This document shows positions 14,550 through 22,395 of a stretch of DNA of 64,000 nt, one piece after another. A program made the position numbers and the translations under genes. The first letter of the stretch is position 1. Each line of letters starts with the position of its first letter. Origin of the DNA: Nannocystis radixulma (GTDB lineage Bacteria; Myxococcota_A; Polyangia; Nannocystales; Nannocystaceae); contig NZ_JAQNDN010000024.1 in the NCBI RefSeq assembly GCF_028369095.1, positions 409,350 to 473,349 on the forward strand. The letters run 5' to 3'. The notes below the pieces were generated by a model, which was not told the origin of the DNA, ran no database searches, and saw nothing but the letters and a program-made list of their open reading frames with translations.

Positions 14550-16345
14550 GCGGCCGGGGAAGAGTACCCGGCGGCGAGCGCGTTGGCGACCTCGGTATAG
14601 GCGTAATCGCTGACGCGCTCGTCGATGCGCATGGCGAGCAGCGCCTTGCTGCGGCAGGTGGCCGCGCCGAAGAACGCGCGATCGTCGGCGCACGCGCGCG
14701 CGAGCGCCGGCTCGGTCGACCAGCGCTCGAGGTGATGCTGGAAGATCCGCCGCACCTCCGGCCACAGCTGCGCCGGGTCGGGGCCGCCGGCGTCGTCGAT
14801 CCAGCCGATCACCGCCGCGAGGTGAGCGTGCACCAGCGTGTGCATCAGCTTGCCCTGGGCCTCGGCGAGCTCGTGCGTGATCACGAACGAGTCGGCCGCC
14901 AGCGCAGGGGTGTGACCGCCGGCGGCGAGGCGGCCGCGGTGGAGCCGCACGCCGCCGAGATCGCGGACGAGGAAGCCGCGCGGACGGCCGCCTGCGTGCA
15001 CCAGCAGGGTGTTCTGCAGGTGGGCCTCGAGGGCGACGCCGTGGGCGGTGAGGAGGCGCAGGAGCGGCGGGACCAGCTGGTCGAGGTAGTCGGCGAAGAA
15101 GGCGGCGAGGCGAGCGCGCTGGTCGCCCGGGTAGGCGGCCGCGAGCTCGCGCAGCAGCAGGTCGCCGCCGGGCCGGCGCTCGCCGAGGGCGGCGCAGACG
15201 ATGACCTCAGGGACATGTTCTACGGGAAATGTTTTGAGGGACATGTCGTTCGGGGCATGTCCCAGAGGAGGAGCGGGATCGCGGGCGACCTCGCGAGCGA
15301 GCGGGGCGAGGTCGGGGCGGACGACCACGCCGAGCTGGCCGGCGACGGCGCCGTGGCGCGGGTCGAGGCCGGCAGCGGCGAGGTCGGGCTGGACCCGCAG
15401 GCCGCGGCGGGTGTGCGGATCGGCGGCCTGGATCTGGCGCAGCAGCGCGGCGATCGGCGGGCCGTTGTGGACGGAGGCGGGCGAGACCTGCCGCCGCGCG
15501 CTGGTGGTGTGGATGTCGACGGCGAGCTTGAGGTGCAGCGCAGGCGCGGCGAGGGCGACGGTGCGCAGGCTGAGCAGGGCCCGCGCCGGCAGCGGCGCGA
15601 CGGCGACGGGCCGCACGCGGTCGCCCCACAGCGGGCCGAGCAGGCGCGGCAGCCGGCGCAGCTGGAGGGCGTGGACCGGCAGGCGGACGTACCCGGGCGC
15701 GGGGGCGGGGAACAGCTCGCGCGAGATGTCGGCAAAGACAGCCTCGGCGGCGAGCAGGGCGTCGCCGCGGGCGAGGTCGACGGCGTGGACGGGCGCCTGG
15801 GCCAGCTGATCGGGGCCGTGGCGCAGGTTCTCCCACGCGCGCAGGCCGAGCCGCGTCTTGCTCATGGGGTGCCAGGGGTGGCCGTCGACGACCAGGTTCT
15901 CGGGGTCGAGCGGGCCGCGCCAGGGATGACCCTTGGCGCATGTCCGTTCGCGCAGGTCGGCGGCGACGCGGGCGAGCGCGAGGTTCCAGCGGCTGTCGCC
16001 GAGCTCGCGGGCGAGGCGGGCGCGCACCGGCGGGGCGAGGGCGGGGAGCAGGCGCGGGAGCAGCTCGGCGAGCTCGGGCAGGTCGCTGGCGTCGAGGTCG
16101 GCGGCGTGCAACTCGAAGGCCCGCAGGCGCCGCAGGGGGAGGCTCAAGGAGCATGTCTGAAGGGACATGTCTCGAAGCTCGCTCGTGACGAGCCGCTCGC
16201 GCGCGCAGGCGAGGACGAGCCGGGCGCCGATCGCCTGGCCGGCGCGGCGCCAGTGAGCGAGGAGCGCGGCGGAGTCGAGGCCGGCGCCGAACGCGGCGGG
16301 GACGGCCCGCCCGGCGAAGGCGAGGAAGCGCTCGAGCTCGGTCAC
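14546..16345 (-). CDS. IucA/IucC-family synthetase (NRPS-independent siderophore synthetase-like ATP-dependent amide ligase) with a FhuF-like C-terminal region
   Basis: Family motifs [38 protein letters not shown] and [10 protein letters not shown]...FLVRDLGG. The length (599 aa) and motif spacing match AcsD/DesD-type enzymes. Two repeat arrays lie in-frame inside this CDS. Confidence 0.75.
15196..15262. repeat. 14-bp-period palindromic repeat array (5 phased units) inside the IucA/IucC CDS, read in-frame
   Basis: ATG centres at 15200, 15214, 15228, 15242 and 15256. The stretch encodes ...[20 protein letters not shown]... on the minus strand. Confidence 0.65.
16149..16173. repeat. Two tandem palindromic units (gagCATGTCTgaag-ggACATGTCTcg) inside the N-terminal coding region of the IucA/IucC gene
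   Basis: Centres at 16153 and 16167; the stretch encodes ...[12 protein letters not shown]... Confidence 0.6.
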
Positions 16346-16418
16346 GCCGCGAAAGGTAGCGCGCGGACCCGGGCGACGAAAGTTCGCCGCGCGCCGTCCG
16401 GCTGCCGAAGATCGGGTC

Positions 16419-17126
16419 TCAGCCGGCGCGGTAGAGGGCCACGCCCAGCTCGCCGAGCATGAGGGCGGCGGAGAGCAGGAGGATCCAGGCGATCCAGCGG
16501 CGCAGGCTGGCCTCGTCGAGGCGGCCGGTGCGGCGGGCGCCGAGGTTGGCGCCGAGCAGGGTGAGCGGGGTGACGATCGCGAAGGCGCCGAAGTGGACCT
16601 GTCCTTCGAGGAAGGTGGCGACGCCCGCCGACAGCCCGGTGACGGCGCCGATCGCCATGTTGGTGCCGACGGCCACGGGCGGCGGGACGCGGGCGTAGCG
16701 GATCATCGCCGGCAGGCGCAGGCTGCCGAGGAGGAGGCCGACGAGGCCCGAGATCGCGCCGAGAGCGGCGCCGACGACCATCTCGGCGGCGACGGCGAAG
16801 CTGCGTGAAGAGACATGTTCCGAAGAACCAGTGGGCTCGGGCCGGCGCCGCAGCATGCTGACGCCGGTCAGCAGCAGGACGAGGGCGATCGCGGCCTTGA
16901 GCACGCGGGCGTCGACGCTGCCGGCCCAGCGCGCGCTGAGGAAGGCGGCCAATGCCGAGGGCGCGCCGACGGTGGCGAGCAGCCACGGGCTGACGCGGCC
17001 CTCGCGGGCGTGCCGCAGGGTGCCGGTGAGGGTGCCCGCGGTCGAGATGGCGAGGCTGGTGGCGGCGCCGATCACCGGGCTGCCGAGGACGTAGACGAGG
17101 AGGGCCACCCGCAGCTGACCGAGCAC
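16419..17126 (-). CDS. TSUP/TauE/SafE-family membrane transporter (4+4 TM sulfite-exporter family)
   Basis: 235 aa, hydrophobic and Gly/Ala-rich TM helices with a central basic loop; repeat units lie in the central loop (...SSEHVSS...). Confidence 0.65.
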   Translation of the reverse strand: MLGQLRVALLVYVLGSPVIGAATSLAISTAGTLTGTLRHAREGRVSPWLLATVGAPSALAAFLSARWAGSVDARVLKAAIALVLLLTGVSMLRRRPEPTGSSEHVSSRSFAVAAEMVVGAALGAISGLVGLLLGSLRLPAMIRYARVPPPVAVGTNMAIGAVTGLSAGVATFLEGQVHFGAFAIVTPLTLLGANLGARRTGRLDEASLRRWIAWILLLSAALMLGELGVALYRAG

Positions 17127-17425
17127 GAGCCCGACGGTGGCGCCGATGTAACTGAGGCCGAAGGAGACCAGCGCGATGAGCGCCAGCGCGAGGATCTCGG
17201 TGGAGCGCAGGCGGCGACGCTAGCACGCGGCCGAGCAGGCAGGCGAGGCAGGGCGCGGGAAGTGGGCGAGCGCGATGCGGCTGCTGCCGTCGGCGGGCTC
17301 GCGGCGCCGGCGTGCGCATGCGAAGTGGCGACGCGCGATGAATTCGCCTTCAGGCGGCGAGCGGCGGCGCGGACAGAAGTTCGCGGTGATGCACCCGCGC
17401 ACCATGGGCGGCTGTCCGGGCGGAC

Positions 17426-18286
17426 ATGGTGTCGGCGACGAAAGGCGCGGGCGGCTTGACAGGCGGCGGCGCGGAGGCGGACGCTCGCGGCGGCGTGACG
17501 GATCGCGGGGATACGGCGGCTGCGGCGGAGGAGCTCGCCACGGCGCCTGCAGGGCCGTCTCGGCCGCGCTGGGTGGTGATCCACTGGACGCCGGAGGCGC
17601 TGGGGTTGGTGCGGGCGATCGCGGCCGCGGAGCCGCGCCCGGCGCTGACGCTGATCGGGCCGGCGCCGGCGGACGAGGTCGCGGCGGCGCTGGCGAGCTT
17701 GCCCGAAGGACATGTCGAAAAGTACTGGCAGGGATCGGCGAGCGGCGGGGTCGAGGCGCTGGCGCGCTTCTTCGCCGACACGGCTCACTTGCCGACGGCC
17801 GACGCGATCGTGGTGCTGCCGCTGCGCGGGCACGGTGAGACCGACGCGTTCTCGCGCCTGGTGTGCACGGCCATCCAGCGGGCGTGCAAAGGCCGGCCGC
17901 CGCACGTGGTGGTGGCGGTCGAGGACCCGGAGGCGACCCACGAGTTCGAGGGGCTCGGGGTGGCGACGATCTTCTACCCGGGCTTTTTGCGCGCGGCCCT
18001 GCTGGCCCACGCGTGCGTCGACCTCGGGGCGTTCCGCTTCATGCTGGCGCTGCTCGGCGGCCGCCTGCGCGTCGAGACCTGGCCGGTGCCGCCGGAGTTG
18101 CGCGCGGGGACGTTCCGCGAGGCCTGCATCGAGATCGAGGTCGACCGCCGCGGCCGCCCGGTGACGCTGATCGGGCTGTTCGCGCCCGGCGAGGGCGCGG
18201 AGCCGGCGATGCTGCTGAGCCCGGCCCCGGGCCGACCGCTGCGCGACGCCAGCGCGCTGCTGGTGCTGACGGGAGAGGCCGAGTGA
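17426..18286 (+). CDS. RCK (TrkA-N/TrkA-C-like) regulatory domain protein, a putative gating subunit for the downstream channel
   Basis: Rossmann-like segment RWVVIHWTPEALGLVRAI...AIVVLPL plus a TrkA-C-like C-terminus (...CIEIEVDRRGRPVTLIGLF...ASALLVLTGEA). The start is uncertain. Confidence 0.45.
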   Translation: MVSATKGAGGLTGGGAEADARGGVTDRGDTAAAAEELATAPAGPSRPRWVVIHWTPEALGLVRAIAAAEPRPALTLIGPAPADEVAAALASLPEGHVEKYWQGSASGGVEALARFFADTAHLPTADAIVVLPLRGHGETDAFSRLVCTAIQRACKGRPPHVVVAVEDPEATHEFEGLGVATIFYPGFLRAALLAHACVDLGAFRFMLALLGGRLRVETWPVPPELRAGTFREACIEIEVDRRGRPVTLIGLFAPGEGAEPAMLLSPAPGRPLRDASALLVLTGEAE

Positions 18287-18306
18287 CGGCGCGCGCGGGG
18301 AGGGCT

Positions 18307-18373
18307 CGGCCTGTGCGCCGGGGCATGTTTAAATGGACATGGCTGATCGGGCCTGTCCTCGTGGGCATGTTCA
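18307..18373. repeat. 14-bp-period palindromic repeat array (5-6 units) covering the start codon and the whole signal-peptide coding region of the channel gene
   Basis: Centres at 18311, 18325 (the ATG start), 18339, 18353, 18367 and a degenerate unit at 18381. The array encodes MFKWTWLIGPVLVGMFIQSG. Confidence 0.65.
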
Positions 18374-20652
18374 TCCAGTCAGGCAGCGCGCGGGCCGGTG
18401 AGGCGATCGAGGTCCGCTTCGGCTCGGGCTCGAAGGGCGGGGGCTTCGACGCGATGGCGCACGCGCTGGCCGAGGCGGTCCGCGGCGAGGGCCGCGTGAC
18501 GGTGGCGCCGGAGACGACCAAGGGGTCGTGCGAGAATGTGCACAAGCTGCTGTCGGGTGAGCTCGACGCGGCCCTGGTGCAGTACGACGTGGCCGCCGAG
18601 GCGTACGCGGCCGGGCAGGCCGACGCCGACGCGGGCGCCAGCGCGACGCCGAAGGGCGGGTGGATGTGCAAGCTGTCGCCGGAGGAGGCCGACAAGGCCG
18701 AGCTGCGGGTGGTGGCGGCGGTCACCGACGCGGCGGTCCACGTGCTGGTGCGCCGGCCGGTCCGGCTCGACGACTTCACCGACATCGGCCGCGAGGCGCT
18801 GTTCATGGGCAAGGACGGCTCGGGCAGCTACGAGACGGCGAAGGTGATCCTCGGCGCGGCCGGGCACACGGCCGAGTCGCTGCCGCTGTTCATGGGCAGC
18901 GCCGAGGAGGCGCTGACAGCGATGAGCCGGCGCGAGGTGCTGACGATGTTGCGCACCACCGAGCGCGGACACGCGGAGATCCGCGACGTGCTGGCGTCGG
19001 GGCTGGCGACGCTGAACCCGCTGCCCGAGGCGGTGCTGAACCGGCTGATCGACGGCTACCCGTACTACCGGATCTGCCCGATCGAGACCGGGACCTATCC
19101 GGGCCTCGAGTTCAGCCTGCCGACGGTGTGCGTGAGCTCGGTGGTGCTGGTGGCGACGCCGCGCGAGCGGCTGGCGGACGAGGCGTTCCTGGCCGACCGC
19201 CGGCTGGCCGTGGAGGCGATGATCCACGGGCTGCGCAAGCTCGAGCGCGACAAGCAGCACGCGAGCCTCGGGGTGAATGTCGAGTGGCGCGGGTTCGCCG
19301 AGCGCGAGCCGATCCCGCTCCACCCGGTGGCGGAGATCCACGAGACCAGCGAGCGCCGGACGGCGTGGCTGCAGGCGGGGGCGTCGGCGGCGGCGATCGG
19401 GCTGGCGCTGTACCTGATCCGCCGGGCGCTGCGCCGCCGCCGAGTCCCGGGCGCCGGGCTCGAGAGCCAGCTGTCGAACCCGCTGGTGCCGTTCGCGGCG
19501 TTCGCCTGCGTGGTGACGCTGTCGACGTTCATCGTCTGGTCGCTGGAACATGACTCGAACGCCAGGTTGCGAACGCTGAACGACTCGTTCTGGGAGATGA
19601 ACACGTTCGCCACCGGCAACTTCACCACCGACACGCTGAAGACGCCGACGGCGCGGCTGGTCGGGGCGGCGGCGACGATCCTCGGGCTCGGCCTGCTCGC
19701 GTGGTTCACGGCGACGCTGACCAACATCTTCGCGCAGGAGCAGACGCGGCTGTGGCGGCGGCTGAAGCACCACCTGGTGGTGCTCAACTTCCGCGAGGAC
19801 ATGCTGCCGCTGATCCGCCTGCTGCGCAGCCCGGGGCCGACGCGCACGCGGGCGCTGCACGTGGTGGTCTCCGACGCGCTGCCGCGGCGCGTGCGGCTGC
19901 AGCTGGCGCGGGTCAAGGCGCTGACGATCCACCACTCGAACCCCGAGGTGCCTGAGGACCTGGCCGGCCTGCGGCTGCCGCGGGCGGCGCGGGTGATCGT
20001 GCTCGGCGACGGCGACGCGGGCGGCGAGGGCTACGACCCGCTGCGGATCGCCCGCGCGGTCCACCAGGCGTGCGCGCGCGACCCTCTCGGCGGGGGCCAG
20101 CGTGCGCGCACGCTGGGCGTGGCGGCGACGTCGGTCGAGATTGCCCGCACTGCGCCGGCGCTGCCAGTGACGCTGGTGGAGACGTCCGACGCGGAGCGCG
20201 AGGAGGTGTTCTCGCCGTTCGCGGGCTGGCTGGTGCCGGTCGACTGCCAGGCGCTGGCGCACCGCTGGCTGGTGATGGCCTGCCGCGACCGCGCGTTCGC
20301 GGAGCTGTTCAACCGGGTGGTCGCGTTCGCCGACGACAACGCCGAGGTGTACACGGCGCCGGCGCCCACCTGGCTGATCGGACAGCCGTGGCGCAAGGCC
20401 CGGCGCGCGCTGCTCGAGGTGCAGGGGCGCGGGGGCGCGGTGCCCCTGGGGCTGTACCGCGCGGCCGATCCGGGCGGGAAGGTGCCGGCGGGCGGGTCGT
20501 CGCACGCGGAGCTGCGCCGGCGCCTCATCGTCAATCCGCGGCCCGACGAGGCGGTGGCGCCGGGCGACCTCATCGTCGCGCTGTGCGAGGACGAGGCCGA
20601 CCTGGTGCGGATCGTCGCCGAGAGCCGCAAGGCCGTGCCTGCGCCGGGTTGA
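18325..20652 (+). CDS. Fusion protein: signal peptide, TAXI-type (TRAP-associated) periplasmic solute-binding domain, 2-TM pore-loop cation-channel core and tandem cytoplasmic RCK domains; a putative ligand-gated ion channel
   Basis: After SARA|GEAIEVRFGSGSKGGGFDAMAHALAEAV comes a TAXI-like fold. TM helices are AWLQAGASAAAIGLALYLIRRALRRRR and VPFAAFACVVTLSTFIVWSL. A pore-helix/filter-like segment FWEMNTFATGNFTTD is followed by the inner helix LVGAAATILGLGLLAWFTATL. Then come HHLVVLNFRED... and ...RVIVLGDGDAGGEGYDPLRIA, which are Rossmann-like RCK segments. Confidence 0.6.
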   Translation: MFKWTWLIGPVLVGMFIQSGSARAGEAIEVRFGSGSKGGGFDAMAHALAEAVRGEGRVTVAPETTKGSCENVHKLLSGELDAALVQYDVAAEAYAAGQADADAGASATPKGGWMCKLSPEEADKAELRVVAAVTDAAVHVLVRRPVRLDDFTDIGREALFMGKDGSGSYETAKVILGAAGHTAESLPLFMGSAEEALTAMSRREVLTMLRTTERGHAEIRDVLASGLATLNPLPEAVLNRLIDGYPYYRICPIETGTYPGLEFSLPTVCVSSVVLVATPRERLADEAFLADRRLAVEAMIHGLRKLERDKQHASLGVNVEWRGFAEREPIPLHPVAEIHETSERRTAWLQAGASAAAIGLALYLIRRALRRRRVPGAGLESQLSNPLVPFAAFACVVTLSTFIVWSLEHDSNARLRTLNDSFWEMNTFATGNFTTDTLKTPTARLVGAAATILGLGLLAWFTATLTNIFAQEQTRLWRRLKHHLVVLNFREDMLPLIRLLRSPGPTRTRALHVVVSDALPRRVRLQLARVKALTIHHSNPEVPEDLAGLRLPRAARVIVLGDGDAGGEGYDPLRIARAVHQACARDPLGGGQRARTLGVAATSVEIARTAPALPVTLVETSDAEREEVFSPFAGWLVPVDCQALAHRWLVMACRDRAFAELFNRVVAFADDNAEVYTAPAPTWLIGQPWRKARRALLEVQGRGGAVPLGLYRAADPGGKVPAGGSSHAELRRRLIVNPRPDEAVAPGDLIVALCEDEADLVRIVAESRKAVPAPG

Positions 20653-20683
20653 CGGGCGGAGCGGCCGGTCGTATTCGGGCGAG

Positions 20684-21838
20684 ATGTCGCCGTCTCGTCG
20701 TGTCGATCGTCGCGCCGCCGTCGCGTTCGGGTCCGCGCTCGCCGTGAGCTGCTACCGCGGATCGGGGATGGCCGAAAGTACAGATTCGACGGCGACGGTG
20801 GCGAGCGAGGCGACGACGGCGAGCGAGACGGGCGCGGCGAGCGGGCCGACGACGACGGCGACGACGAGCACGGGCGACGCGCCGACCACGGCGGGGCCGA
20901 CCGTGACGAGCCTGCCGGAGCCGACCGGTACGGGGCCGGACGAGACGTCGACGTCGACGGGGCCGATCGACACCGGGCCGCCGGACAGCACGGGCACGGC
21001 GGGCGAGACCATGGGCGAGCCGGTCGACCCGGTCGCGGCGGTGTGCGAGCGCTGGGCGGCGGACCGAACGGACATGTCTGAAGGGACATGGAGCGGGGCG
21101 GTCGCGGGCTGCATGGCCGGCGACACCGGGGCACCCGGCCGCGACAACGCGCTGCGGCTGGTCAACCTGTACCGCTGGCTGGCCGGGCTGCCGCCGGTCG
21201 GCCACGACGCCGCGCTCAACGCGAAGGCGCAGCAGTGCGCGCTGATGATGCACGCCGAGGGGGCGCTGTCGCACGACCCCGACATGATGTGGGCCTGCTA
21301 CACGGCCGACGGGGCGCAGGCGGCGATGAACAGCAATATCTCGTCGACGCCCGGGGTGGTCGCGGTCGACCTCTACATGGTCGACCCGGGCAACGCGACG
21401 ACCTTCGGCCACCGGCGGTGGATCCTCTCGAGCGCGCTGGGGCCGATCGGGCTCGGCTCGACGTCGGTCAACTCGTGCATGTGGGTGATCGGCGGCCAGG
21501 GCGGCGGGGGCGCCGAATGGACGGCGTGGCCGCCCCCGGGGGTCGTGCCGCTGGCGGCCATCCACGTGCCCGAGGTGCCGTGGGCCAACGTCGACGAGAC
21601 GGGGTGGACGATCCAGAGCAACGACATCGACGTGGGCGCGGCGCAGGTGACGATCCGCGAGAACGGGGTCGACAAGCCGGTCAAGCTGACGACCCTGCAG
21701 GGCGGGTTCGGCTCGAACAGCGCGATCGCCATGACGCCGCAGGGATGGGTCAGCGAGGCCGGCAAGACCTACACGGTGCAGGTGAACGGGGTGCCCCAGC
21801 CGTTCAGCTACGACGTGCAGGTGGTGGCTTGCCCTTGA
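20684..21838 (+). CDS. Secreted lipoprotein with a Thr/Ser-rich linker and a C-terminal CAP/SCP/PR-1-like domain
   Basis: LAVSC lipobox; LVNLYRWLAGLPPV...GHRRWILSS resembles the CAP-domain signature. Confidence 0.65.
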   Translation: MSPSRRVDRRAAVAFGSALAVSCYRGSGMAESTDSTATVASEATTASETGAASGPTTTATTSTGDAPTTAGPTVTSLPEPTGTGPDETSTSTGPIDTGPPDSTGTAGETMGEPVDPVAAVCERWAADRTDMSEGTWSGAVAGCMAGDTGAPGRDNALRLVNLYRWLAGLPPVGHDAALNAKAQQCALMMHAEGALSHDPDMMWACYTADGAQAAMNSNISSTPGVVAVDLYMVDPGNATTFGHRRWILSSALGPIGLGSTSVNSCMWVIGGQGGGGAEWTAWPPPGVVPLAAIHVPEVPWANVDETGWTIQSNDIDVGAAQVTIRENGVDKPVKLTTLQGGFGSNSAIAMTPQGWVSEAGKTYTVQVNGVPQPFSYDVQVVACP

Positions 21839-21890
21839 GGCATGTTTGAGAGGGCATGTCCGTTCGGGCATGCCCTTCAGGGCCTGGTCG
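21838..21890. repeat. 14-bp-period palindromic repeat array (4-5 units) filling the whole convergent intergenic gap
   Basis: Centres at 21842, 21856, 21870 and 21884: gaggCATGTTtg / agggCATGTCcg / cgggCATGCCct / agggCCTGGTcg, with degenerate flanking units overlapping both stop codons. Confidence 0.7.
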
Positions 21891-21891
21891 A

Positions 21892-22347
21892 TCAGGCAGC
21901 CGCGGTCGCGCGGGTGAGGCGGACCTCGATCGCGCGGTCCTCGTCGCCGTTGGGGTGGATGTTGGTGGCCTCGAGCACGAGGAGGTCGCCGTCGCGGCGG
22001 AAGGCGGTGCGCCAGCCCCAGCGCTCGGGGCCGGCGCGGTAGCTGCCGAGGACCGAGATGGCGGGGCCCGCGGGCCCGGTCGACCACAGGGCGGAGGCGC
22101 CGGTGTGGAAGGTGTCGATCCAGTACAGGGTGTGCTCGTGGTCGTCGACCCCGAGGGTCATCTCGCCGTGGTGCGGTTTGCCGGCGCACACGCCGTCGTA
22201 GCGGAGGCGCGCGTAGCGGCCGTCGAGCAGCGACTCGATCTCGACGCGCCAGGTGCTGACCTCGGGGTCGGGGCCGAGCCAGGTGCGCGCGGGGCCAGTC
22301 CATGAGCCAGTGAGTTCGGTGAGGGGGTGCGGCATGGCACCTGTCAT
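21892..22347 (-). CDS. Hypothetical protein, possibly DUF1579-like (lipocalin-like fold)
   Basis: 151-aa ORF with balanced composition and no competing gene; the family call is weak. Confidence 0.45.
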   Translation of the reverse strand: MTGAMPHPLTELTGSWTGPARTWLGPDPEVSTWRVEIESLLDGRYARLRYDGVCAGKPHHGEMTLGVDDHEHTLYWIDTFHTGASALWSTGPAGPAISVLGSYRAGPERWGWRTAFRRDGDLLVLEATNIHPNGDEDRAIEVRLTRATAAA

Positions 22348-22395
22348 AGGCCATCGGCGGCGCGCGATCTACCGGCGATCCGCGGCCGTGGTGCT

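Noticed and set aside
19795-19812. Single gaggACATGCtgcc in the channel gene and cgACATGTCtcatGGACGTCCcg at 55549-55570 in the monooxygenase gene
   Set aside because: Isolated units without 14-bp phasing. They are at chance level for a ~70% GC genome and are not counted as arrays.
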